This document shows positions 18,267 to 26,624 of a stretch of DNA of 39,030 bases, in pieces; within the stretch, counting starts at the first letter, position 1; each line of letters opens with the position of its first letter. The stretch is from Sandaracinaceae bacterium. Its GTDB lineage: Bacteria > Myxococcota_A > Polyangia > Polyangiales > Sandaracinaceae. The translations under genes and the position numbers were made by a program. The notes beneath the pieces were generated by a model that saw nothing but the letters and a program-made list of their open reading frames with translations, made no database searches and had not been told where the DNA came from. The DNA is taken from assembly GCA_044220955.1 (NCBI GenBank), contig JBGAQA010000046.1, forward strand, positions 9,872 through 48,901, given 5' to 3'.

Positions 18267-19232
18267 ATGACCCGCGCGCGATCGATCTTCTTCGGCACGC
18301 CCGAGATCGCCGTTCCGAGCCTCGAGGCGCTGGCGTCGATCACGGAGGTCGTCCGCGTGGTGTCGCAGCCGGATCGAGCCTCCGGGCGTGGGCACAGGCT
18401 CACCGAGACGCCGGTGCACGGGGCGGCCCGGCGCCTGGGCCTGCCGCTGATGCAGCCCGCGAAGGTGCGCGTACCGGAGTTCGCCGCGGAGCTGAGGGCG
18501 CTCGAGGCCGACGTCGCGATCGTGATCGCCTACGGCCGCATCCTGCCCCTGGCCGTCCTCGAGGCGCCGCGCCTCGGTTGCTTGAACCTCCACGCCTCGC
18601 TCCTGCCGCGCTGGCGGGGCGCCGCGCCGATCCAGTGGGCGATCCTGAGCGGCGACCGCGAGACGGGCGTGTGCCTCATGCAGATGGACGAAGGGCTCGA
18701 CACCGGCGACGTGCTCGCGCGCGTGACGCGCCCGATCGGCGAGGACGAGACCGCGGGCGAGCTCTTCGAGGCGCTCGGTCGCGACGCGGCAGCACTCCTG
18801 CGTGAGCAGCTCCCGCGCTTCCTCCGCGGAGAGCTCGCGCGCGTGCGGCAGCCGACCGAGGGCGTGACGGTCGCGCGGATGCTCGAGAAGTCCGACGCGC
18901 GGATCGACTTCCGGCAGGGGGCGCGTGCGATCCACGACCGCGTGCGCGGCCTCTGCCCCTGGCCTGGCGCCGAGACGCGCGCGCTCGGGCAGCGCGTGAA
19001 GGTGCACGCGACCCGCGTCGCGAGCGAGGCGGGCGTGCGAGGGCGCAGCGGAGAGATCGTCGCGATCGGAGAGGACGGAGTCGAGGTCGCCTGCGGCGAG
19101 GGCACCCTCCGACTCCTCGAGCTGCAGCTCGACGGCAGGAAGCGGGCACGCGCGCAGGAGGTGGCGAGCGGCCTGCGCCTGCGTGTCGGAGCGTGCCTCG
19201 GCGTCGACGAGACGGAACCGGAGCGGCCATGA
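18267..19232 (+). CDS. fmt: Methionyl-tRNA formyltransferase
   Basis: FFGTPEIA, SQPDRASGRG, NLHASLLPRWRGAAPIQWAI, MDEGLDTGD; directly follows def. Confidence 0.97.
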   Translation: MTRARSIFFGTPEIAVPSLEALASITEVVRVVSQPDRASGRGHRLTETPVHGAARRLGLPLMQPAKVRVPEFAAELRALEADVAIVIAYGRILPLAVLEAPRLGCLNLHASLLPRWRGAAPIQWAILSGDRETGVCLMQMDEGLDTGDVLARVTRPIGEDETAGELFEALGRDAAALLREQLPRFLRGELARVRQPTEGVTVARMLEKSDARIDFRQGARAIHDRVRGLCPWPGAETRALGQRVKVHATRVASEAGVRGRSGEIVAIGEDGVEVACGEGTLRLLELQLDGRKRARAQEVASGLRLRVGACLGVDETEPERP

Positions 19233-19257
19233 GGCCCGAGCGGAGCGAGGGACCACC

Positions 19258-19824
19258 ATGAAGATCTACACGCGGACGGGCGACGCGGGCGACACCGGCC
19301 TCTTCGGGGGCGAGCGCGTCAGCAAGGCCAGCACTCGGGTCGACGCCTACGGCGAGGTGGACGAGCTGAACTCGGTGCTCGGCGTCGCGCGCCTGCACCG
19401 CTTCGGCCAGGGCGGCGACGACGACTTCGATCGCCTGCTCGCCGGCATCCAGAGCCGCCTCTTCGATCTCGGAGCGGAGCTCGCCAACGCGAAGGGGAAA
19501 GACCTCGGGATCCCGCTCGTCGACGACGACGACATCTCGGCGATGGAGCGCGCGATCGACCGCGCCGAGGAGGAGGTCGCGCCGCTGAAGGTCTTCGTCC
19601 TGCCGGGTGGATCGCCCCTCGGGGCGGAGCTCCACGTCGCGCGCACCGTGTGCCGCCGCGCCGAGCGCCGCGTCGTCGCGCTCGCGGCCGAGACGACGCT
19701 GCGGCCGGAGGTCGTCCGCTACCTCAACCGCCTGAGCGACCTGCTCTTCACGCTCGCGCGCCTCGCGAACCACCGAGCCGGCGTCGGCGACGTGCCCTGG
19801 GTGGGCCGCGGCACGCGGAGCTGA
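19258..19824 (+). CDS. ATP:cob(I)alamin adenosyltransferase, PduO type
   Basis: MKIYTRTGDAGDTGL, YGEVDELNS, FVLPGG, HVARTVCRRAER, YLNRLSDLLFTLAR. Confidence 0.96.
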   Translation: MKIYTRTGDAGDTGLFGGERVSKASTRVDAYGEVDELNSVLGVARLHRFGQGGDDDFDRLLAGIQSRLFDLGAELANAKGKDLGIPLVDDDDISAMERAIDRAEEEVAPLKVFVLPGGSPLGAELHVARTVCRRAERRVVALAAETTLRPEVVRYLNRLSDLLFTLARLANHRAGVGDVPWVGRGTRS

Positions 19825-19844
19825 GGGGACTCCCGGCGACCCTC

Positions 19845-19853
19845 TGTTATCCT
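19845..19853 (+). promoter_or_regulatory. Extended -10 element (TGnTATCCT) for a leaderless transcript
   Basis: TG-T-TATCCT ends 6 nt before the GTG at 19860; no SD sequence. Confidence 0.55.
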
Positions 19854-19859
19854 CCCCGC

Positions 19860-20261
19860 GTGCCGCTGCCGCCCCAGCCCCACAAGCGCATCCTGATCGT
19901 CGAGGACGACGTGACGAGCGCACGGATGCTGCGCGACTACCTCGAGGCGCACGGCTACCACGTCACGCTCGCCGCGAACGGCGTCGACGGGCTCGAGCGC
20001 TTCGGAGCGGAGCAGCCCGATCTGATGATCGTCGACGTGGCCCTGCCGAAGAAGAGTGGCTTCGAGCTCTGCTTCGACGTGAAGCGCACCGCGCACGGCC
20101 GGAAGATGCCGCTGCTGCTGATGAGCGCGGTGTACCGCGACGCCGATCACGCCAGAGCCTACGCGACGGACCAATTGCGGGCGCAGGACTACCTCGCCAA
20201 GCCCTTCGATCTCGCCCTGCTGCTCGCCCGCGTGCAGGCGCTCCTCGACCCGCCCGGCTGA
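19860..20261 (+). CDS. Single-domain response regulator (receiver)
   Basis: ILIVEDD, PDLMIVD (phosphoacceptor), LLMSA and YLAKPF all intact; GTG start inferred. Confidence 0.9.
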   Translation: MPLPPQPHKRILIVEDDVTSARMLRDYLEAHGYHVTLAANGVDGLERFGAEQPDLMIVDVALPKKSGFELCFDVKRTAHGRKMPLLLMSAVYRDADHARAYATDQLRAQDYLAKPFDLALLLARVQALLDPPG

Positions 20262-20267
20262 GGCCCA

Positions 20268-21131
20268 TCAACCCGGCGTCCGCCACCCGTCGCGATCGTC
20301 CCAGCCCATGCAGTAGCGCGCGTTGATCTCCGAGAGCGAGCGCAGCGCGAGCGGCGCCTCGCCGGCGCCTCGGTGCAGGTACGCGTCGGCTCCGAACGGG
20401 CCGTGGTAGCCCGCCTCGGCGAGCGCAGCGCCCGCCCGCTCCGCGGTGTCGACGAGCCTTCGCTCGAGGGGCGGATCGAGACCGAGCGCCCGAGACGAGC
20501 GTACGAAGGCGCCTTGAAGCGAGACCGTCTGCTCGCGGATCGATCGCACGCTCGTCCCGCTCCGCGTCACCCAGGCGTGGACCGAGAGCTCGCGCGCGAT
20601 GGCGACGCGCGGCTCGATCACCAGAGCGCCGTCGCGGCGCAGCGAGGCCGCGACGAAGGCGCGGTCCGCATCCGTCGCGTGGCCACCCCGCACGCGGCGC
20701 TGTCCGCGACCCGACACGCCGAAGGAGCGCTTGAGGAGCCACTCGCCAGGACGGGCGAGGGCCGCCACGGCGACGTCGAGGTCGCGCGCGAGCACGGCAC
20801 CCGGCAGCTCGCCCTCCGAGAGCGCGTGCGCGAAGGGGCGCGCGTTGACGCGGGCGAGGACGTCCACGTCCGGGGCGGCCGGGCGCGCCACGGACGCGCG
20901 ATCGAATGCGCGGAGCGCGCGCGGGGTCGGGCTCCACGCGATCCCGCAGGCGCCCGACGGCGCGGACTCGACGAGCGGTTCGATCACGACGGATCCGGCG
21001 GGCAAGGTCGGCCGGATCTCGCGGGCCATGCGCGCCACCCGCTCGAGGACGAGAGCGGCCGGCGCATAGCGCGCTCCACGCTCGAGCTCGAGCTCGGCGT
21101 CGAGGTTCAGGACGAACGCGAGCGCGCTCAC
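20268..21131 (-). CDS. ATP-grasp ligase-like protein
   Basis: WLLKRSFGVSGRGQ, VIEPRV, GYHGPFGADAY, SEINARY. GTG 21131 overlaps the upstream TGA (alternative ATG at 21146). Confidence 0.8.
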   Translation of the reverse strand: MSALAFVLNLDAELELERGARYAPAALVLERVARMAREIRPTLPAGSVVIEPLVESAPSGACGIAWSPTPRALRAFDRASVARPAAPDVDVLARVNARPFAHALSEGELPGAVLARDLDVAVAALARPGEWLLKRSFGVSGRGQRRVRGGHATDADRAFVAASLRRDGALVIEPRVAIARELSVHAWVTRSGTSVRSIREQTVSLQGAFVRSSRALGLDPPLERRLVDTAERAGAALAEAGYHGPFGADAYLHRGAGEAPLALRSLSEINARYCMGWDDRDGWRTPG

Positions 21132-21928
21132 GGCGGCGGCTGCCATGCCTCGAGCGCGTCGATCATCTCGGCGGGCCAGCCGGCTTCCGAACGTGCGGCG
21201 CGATCGATCGAACGCCCGCGGAAGAGGATCGGCGTCAGCGGAGGCGGGAGCGCGGCGACGAAGCGCGCGAGGTCGAGGCCCCCCGCGAAGTGCCGAAACC
21301 AGCGCGCCGCGAAGCGCACGTGGGCGACCTCCTCGCGGCCGATCGCCTCGGTGAGCGCGGCCGCGCGCTCGTCTCCCGCGGCGCGGAGCTCGGTCTCGAA
21401 GCGACGCGCGTGATCGAGGTTGGCCGACTCCAGTCCGAGACCGACGAACGCACAGAACGACGCCGGGTCGCGGACGGCGCCGACGCGCTCCCAGAACCAG
21501 TCGCGCACCGGGAGCGACCCGAACGGGTGTCCGAGCCGCGCGAGCTCGACCTCGTACGCGGCGAAGTGGCGCGCCTCGTCCTGCGCGAGGGCCGCGAGAC
21601 CGCGCACGAACGGGTCCGGCGCGTCCGCGAACGCGAGGATCGCCCAGGCGAAGAGCTCGGCGGCCTGCAGCTCGTGGTGTGCGAACACGTGGAGCAGCTC
21701 GGCGCGCTTCTCCGGGCTCACGAGCGCGCCGGCTCGCGGCGTCTTCCTGCGGCGGGTGGAGCGCACGAGCCCGTCCGGGCGCCCGGGCGCGGGCAGACGT
21801 CGAGGCGTGAACGAGACGTCGCGCAGCAGCGGGGCCACGCCCGGGCTCCGCTTGTCTTCGAGCCGCGCGCTCGTGACGAGCGCCCACGCCCAGCGCTCGA
21901 GCGAGCCTGCCTCGGGTGCCGCGTGCAT
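21128..21928 (-). CDS. Ferritin-like diiron protein (DUF455-like)
   Basis: PGRP, LLHVFAHHELQAAEL, DEARHF, LESANLDH and REEVAHV give the four-helix-bundle E/ExxH ligand spacing. Confidence 0.85.
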   Translation of the reverse strand: MHAAPEAGSLERWAWALVTSARLEDKRSPGVAPLLRDVSFTPRRLPAPGRPDGLVRSTRRRKTPRAGALVSPEKRAELLHVFAHHELQAAELFAWAILAFADAPDPFVRGLAALAQDEARHFAAYEVELARLGHPFGSLPVRDWFWERVGAVRDPASFCAFVGLGLESANLDHARRFETELRAAGDERAAALTEAIGREEVAHVRFAARWFRHFAGGLDLARFVAALPPPLTPILFRGRSIDRAARSEAGWPAEMIDALEAWQPPP

Positions 21929-22017
21929 GGTCCTCGAGGATGCTGCGGCCGCCCCCGCGCCCGGTCCAGGCGATCGAGCGGCCTCCCGGGCGATAGCTGC
22001 TACACCCCTCGCCTCCC

Positions 22018-22329
22018 ATGACCGCGACGGCGAGACCGATCACCACCAAGCAGTCCGCGCACCTGCGCGCGCTCGCGCATCACCTCGACCCCGTCGTGCA
22101 GCTCGGCAAGGAGGGCATGACCGACGCCATCGTGGCCGCCCTGAAGAGCGCGCTCGACACGCACGAGCTGATCAAGGTGAAGCTGCCGCAGATCGACAAG
22201 AGCGAGCGCAAGGCGCTCACCAGCGCGCTCGCCACCGCGACGTCCGCGCACGTGGCCGGCGAGATCGGGCGGGTCGCCGTGCTCTACAAGCGGCACCCGA
22301 ACAAGCCGAAGATCGCGCTCCCGAAGTAG
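22018..22329 (+). CDS. yhbY: Ribosome assembly RNA-binding protein (CRM domain)
   Basis: LRALAHHLDPVVQLGKEG...ALDTHELIKVK...IGRVAVLYK. Confidence 0.95.
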   Translation: MTATARPITTKQSAHLRALAHHLDPVVQLGKEGMTDAIVAALKSALDTHELIKVKLPQIDKSERKALTSALATATSAHVAGEIGRVAVLYKRHPNKPKIALPK

Positions 22330-22336
22330 AGGCGCG

Positions 22337-23656
22337 ATGCGGCTGCCGAGCGGTCTGTCGCGGTCGAGGGTCGTCGCGCTCGAGCGCGCGCACGTGTGGC
22401 CGCCCTACACGTCGAGCGAGCGCCACGAGGGCCGGGAGCCGCTCGTGGTGGTCGAGGCCGAGGGGCCATTCCTGCTGGACGCGGACGGCCGCCGCTACGT
22501 GGACGCCGTGTCGTCGTGGTGGTCCGCGACGCTCGGCCACAGGCACCCGCGCCTCGTGCGCGCCCTGGTCGAGCAGGCATCCCTCCTGACGCACGTCGCG
22601 GCCGGTGGAATCACCCACGCGCCGGTCGCGCTCCTCGCGAGCGAGCTCGCCGCCGTCGCGCCGACGGGCCTGACGCGCACCCACTTCTCGGACGACGGCT
22701 CGACGGCCGTCGAGGTCGCGGTGAAGGTCGCCTTCCAGTACTGGCAGCAGAACGGCCGGCCTGCGCGGCACCGATTCGTCTGTCTCTCGGGCGCCTACCA
22801 CGGCGACACCCTCGGCGCGGCGAGCCTCGCGGCGATCGAGGAGTTCGCCGGCGTCTTCGGACCGCTGCTCTTCGAGGTCGTCCGCGCGCCCGACCCCGGC
22901 GAGCCGGGCGGATGGGATCGGGTCGTCGATCACGTCGACCGCACGCTCCGCGCACGCCGCGACGAGATCGCGGCCGTGATCGTGGAGCCTCTGATCCAGG
23001 GCGCGAGCGGGATGCGCATGCACGCGCCCGACGTGCTGCGGCGCGTGGCCGAGTCGGCGCGCTCGATCGACACCTTCCTGATCGCGGACGAGGTCTTCAG
23101 CGGCTACGGTCGCACCGGCACGATGTGGGCCTGCGACCGCGCGGGCGTGGCGCCCGATCTCCTCTGCCTCGCGAAGGGCTTCACGGCGGGGATCCTGCCG
23201 ATGGGCGCGACGATGGCCACCGAGCGGGTGTACGACGGCTTCCGCGGCGGCCCCGAGCGGGCGCTCATGCACGGCCACACGTTCTGCGGCCACCCGCTCG
23301 GCGCGGCGGTGGCGCGCGAGGTGCTGGCCGTGTACCGGGACGAGAAGATCGTCGAGGGGCTGGCCGTCCGCGCCGATCGGATCGCGCGCCGGTTCACCTC
23401 GTTCGCGAACATCCGAGGCGTCCGCGCCGTGCGGGCGCTGGGCTCGATCGGCGCCGCGGACCTCGGCGACGTCGGCTACGGCGGGACCGGCGTGGGCTGG
23501 CGCGTGGCGGACGAGGCGCGCGCGCGCGGCGTGTTCCTGCGCCCGCTCGGGGACACGGTGTACGTCGCGCCGCCGCTCAACGTGCCGCTCGACGTGCTCG
23601 ACACGACGCTCGACGCGATCGAGGAGTCGATCCGTGTGGCGCTCGCGGCTCGCTGA
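22337..23656 (+). CDS. bioA: Adenosylmethionine-8-amino-7-oxononanoate aminotransferase
   Basis: HVWPPYT, DAVSSWW, DDGSTAVEVAVK, AYHGDT, EPLIQGASGM, IADEVFSGYGRTG, CLAKG (PLP Lys), LRPLGDTVY. Confidence 0.93.
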   Translation: MRLPSGLSRSRVVALERAHVWPPYTSSERHEGREPLVVVEAEGPFLLDADGRRYVDAVSSWWSATLGHRHPRLVRALVEQASLLTHVAAGGITHAPVALLASELAAVAPTGLTRTHFSDDGSTAVEVAVKVAFQYWQQNGRPARHRFVCLSGAYHGDTLGAASLAAIEEFAGVFGPLLFEVVRAPDPGEPGGWDRVVDHVDRTLRARRDEIAAVIVEPLIQGASGMRMHAPDVLRRVAESARSIDTFLIADEVFSGYGRTGTMWACDRAGVAPDLLCLAKGFTAGILPMGATMATERVYDGFRGGPERALMHGHTFCGHPLGAAVAREVLAVYRDEKIVEGLAVRADRIARRFTSFANIRGVRAVRALGSIGAADLGDVGYGGTGVGWRVADEARARGVFLRPLGDTVYVAPPLNVPLDVLDTTLDAIEESIRVALAAR

Positions 23657-23690
23657 GAGGCGCCCGCTCGCGCCTCTCGTCTCGCGCCCC

Positions 23691-25658
23691 TCACTCCCTC
23701 ACGGCATACACGAACGCCACCTGCGGGAAGCTCCGGTAGCGCTCGACGATCGTCGCGTGCGGCACGCGCGTCCCGTCGACGTACTGCGCGGCCAGCGCCT
23801 CGGCCGCCGCGCGGTCGCCGCTCGCCTTGATGTGCATCACGCGCCGCATGATCGCCTCGCACGCCGCCGGCAGCCTCGCGAAGTCGATGCTGAACGCGCC
23901 CTGGCTCGCGCCATCGGCCGCCGTCGCAGCCGGATCCCAGCTCAGCGCGCCCTCGTCGAGCAGGATGCCGATCTGGATCGCGGCGAGCTGCGAGTACGGC
24001 TTGCGACCGCCGGTCGGCGTGTACATGCCGCGCGAGATGTGTCCGAACGCCCAGACGATCGAGTCGACGTAGATCTCGCGCTCTTGCTGCTCGGTGAGCA
24101 CACCTCGCTGGCGCAGCCAGTCGATGAAGAAGAGGCCACCGCTCTGCGCCTTGAGCTCCTCGAGCATCGACGCGAGGCCCCCGCCGAACGCCTCCGCGTC
24201 GGTCTGCCCCGCGGGCGTCCGGTACTCGTGCGAGGGGCCGAGGTTGTGCGTGGCCTCGTGCAGGATCGTGCTGAGCAGGCCCGGCGTGGCGTCGTCGGTG
24301 TACGACGCCATCGAGGCGCTCGAGAGCAGGGACATCGCCTGCGCGCGGCGCCGCGCGAGCGAGTCGGCGTCGGTGTAGAGGTTGCTCATCGCGACGGTCC
24401 GGCCGCGGCCCTCGTCGGTCACCGGACCCCAGTTCGGCAGGCTCTGGCCGATCGTCGCGCCGAACGCGTCGCGATCGTCGCCGGCGTTGACCACGATCTC
24501 GATGAAGTCGGGGAGCTGGAACGACACCTCGCGCGCCGCGTACTCGCCGGGCACGAGCGCCGCGAGCGCGCCCTCCATGTCGCTGCGGAGCGGCGCGAGG
24601 CGGTCCTGCCAGACGAGCGAGCCCTGATCGATGCGGGCGAAGGTGAGGTGGAAGCCCGCCTTCTGGCTGCAGGGCTCCCAGTACGTCTCGTCCGGACCGA
24701 CCCGGACGTACCAGCGCGAGTTGCGGACGCTCATGCGCGACCACGCCTCGTCCGCCGGCAGCCAGTCGTTCGTCTCGAAGCTCGTGGCCGCGGCGCGCAG
24801 GTACGTGACGAGCGCCGTCTCCGCCGGATCCGTCATGGCGTCGGCCGCCGCGCGCAGCTCGGCGGCGATCGGCCGCATGTACTCCTCGTAGGCGACCGTG
24901 TAGGGCACGGCGATCAGCGTGGCGTCCGGCCCCGCGCGCACGACGGTGAAGGGCGAGAGCAGCGTGGTCGCGTCCGGCCGGGCCTCGAGCGTGGCGCAGA
25001 AGCCCTCGTCGGCCTGGAGCTCGAGCGGGTACACGTCGACCGGCTGGCGCGGCGCGCCCTCGATCGCCGAGCACGCGGGATCGGACTCCGTGACCGACGA
25101 CGCGCACTCCGGCCCCCAGTTGCGGCGGAAGACGCTGGCGCTCGCCGCGTCGCCCGCGGGCAGGCGCGCCTGCATCGCGTCCATCCCGACCTGGTGCGCG
25201 TAGAGGCGGTCCATGAGCGCGGCGACCGCGAGCATGTGGTGCGCGAACGCTCGGTGCGCCTCGGGCAGACCCGTGAGATCGGTCTCGACGAGCGTCGGGG
25301 CGGCGTGATCGAGCTCGGCGAGGATGGCGGCCTGGCGCGGGTCGGCAGGCACGGCGGCCCTCTCTTGCGCGCGGATGGCCGCCACGACGCGCTCGTAGTC
25401 GCTGGTGAACGCCCCGCCCGAGACCCAGCTCTCGGCGCTCGGGTAGAACAGCAGCGAGCGCACCTCGTCGGGATCGGGCGCGCCGCTCCCGTTCGTGTCG
25501 CTCGCCCAGAAGAGCGGCTCGTTCAGCCGCATGGCGAGCTGGTTGAAGCGCAGCCGATCGGCGCTGCTCCGGGAGGGCGTGGTGCTGCCGTGCGAGGAGC
25601 CGCCGCACGCCGCGAGCGGGAGGGACCAGAGGACCAGGACACGAAAGGCTGCGCGCAT
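23691..25658 (-). CDS. Lipoprotein metallopeptidase, M49 (DPP III)-like with HExxH
   Basis: Lipobox LPLAAC; GPDETYW, TIGQSLPN, LHEATHNLGP and LEELKA motifs. Confidence 0.82.
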   Translation of the reverse strand: MRAAFRVLVLWSLPLAACGGSSHGSTTPSRSSADRLRFNQLAMRLNEPLFWASDTNGSGAPDPDEVRSLLFYPSAESWVSGGAFTSDYERVVAAIRAQERAAVPADPRQAAILAELDHAAPTLVETDLTGLPEAHRAFAHHMLAVAALMDRLYAHQVGMDAMQARLPAGDAASASVFRRNWGPECASSVTESDPACSAIEGAPRQPVDVYPLELQADEGFCATLEARPDATTLLSPFTVVRAGPDATLIAVPYTVAYEEYMRPIAAELRAAADAMTDPAETALVTYLRAAATSFETNDWLPADEAWSRMSVRNSRWYVRVGPDETYWEPCSQKAGFHLTFARIDQGSLVWQDRLAPLRSDMEGALAALVPGEYAAREVSFQLPDFIEIVVNAGDDRDAFGATIGQSLPNWGPVTDEGRGRTVAMSNLYTDADSLARRRAQAMSLLSSASMASYTDDATPGLLSTILHEATHNLGPSHEYRTPAGQTDAEAFGGGLASMLEELKAQSGGLFFIDWLRQRGVLTEQQEREIYVDSIVWAFGHISRGMYTPTGGRKPYSQLAAIQIGILLDEGALSWDPAATAADGASQGAFSIDFARLPAACEAIMRRVMHIKASGDRAAAEALAAQYVDGTRVPHATIVERYRSFPQVAFVYAVRE

Positions 25659-25684
25659 GGCGCGCTTCGTAGCACGATGGCGCC

Positions 25685-26494
25685 ATGATGGATCTGCGCG
25701 GAAAGCTCGCCCTGGTCACCGGCGCCGGGAGCGGCATCGGCCGCGCGACGGCGCTCGCGCTCGGCCGCGAGGGAATGCGCGTCGTCGTGTGCGATCGAGA
25801 CGAGGCAGCCGTCGCCGGCGTGGGGCGCGAGCTGGGCTCGGCGCTGGCGCTCGCCGAGACCGTCGACGTGACCAGCCGCGACGGGATGCGCGCGCTCGCC
25901 GACCGGGTCCACGCGCTCGCGCCGGCGCTCGACGTGCTGGTCAACAACGCCGGCGTCGCGCAGGCAGGCCGCATGGTCGACACCCCGCTCGCGGACTGGG
26001 ACCACGTGCTCGGCGTGAACCTCTTCGGCGTCGTCTTCGGCTGCCACTTCTTCGTGCCGCCGATGGTGCAGCGCGCCCGGGGCGGTCACGTGGTCAACGT
26101 CGCGTCGATGGTCGCGCTCGTCGCGCTGCCGGGGACCATCGCGTACACGACCAGCAAGTTCGCGGTGCTCGGCCTCTCGGAGGCCCTGCGCGCGGAGCTC
26201 GCGCCGCACGGGATCGGCGTGAGCGCCATCTGCCCGGGCATCACTCGCACGAACATCGCGCGCTCGATGCGCTACTCCGAGCCGCTCGCCAGGCACCGCG
26301 GCGTGCTCGACCGGCTCGGGCCCTCCTTCGGCCACGACCCCGACTCCGTCGCGCGCGCCGTCGTCGGCTCCGTGCGCCGCAACCGCGGGACGGTCCCGGT
26401 GTCGTTCGAGTCGCAGGCGCTCTCGCTGATCAAGCGTGCCTCGCCTGGCGCGGCAGCCATGATCGGCGCGGCGATCGCGCGGATGGCGCCGTGA
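25685..26494 (+). CDS. Short-chain dehydrogenase/reductase
   Basis: TGAGSGIG, LVNNAGV, VVNVAS, YTTSK. Confidence 0.95.
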   Translation: MMDLRGKLALVTGAGSGIGRATALALGREGMRVVVCDRDEAAVAGVGRELGSALALAETVDVTSRDGMRALADRVHALAPALDVLVNNAGVAQAGRMVDTPLADWDHVLGVNLFGVVFGCHFFVPPMVQRARGGHVVNVASMVALVALPGTIAYTTSKFAVLGLSEALRAELAPHGIGVSAICPGITRTNIARSMRYSEPLARHRGVLDRLGPSFGHDPDSVARAVVGSVRRNRGTVPVSFESQALSLIKRASPGAAAMIGAAIARMAP

Positions 26495-26624
26495 CCTCCG
26501 GCGGAACGGCCGTGGCCCTTTCGTCGCGCGCGGCGCCACCGACCGGGCGCCCGACGATGCCGCGACGCAGTACCATCGCGCGCGTGATGCAACCTCGGTC
26601 CGGGCTCCCGTCGGTGCGCCGCCC

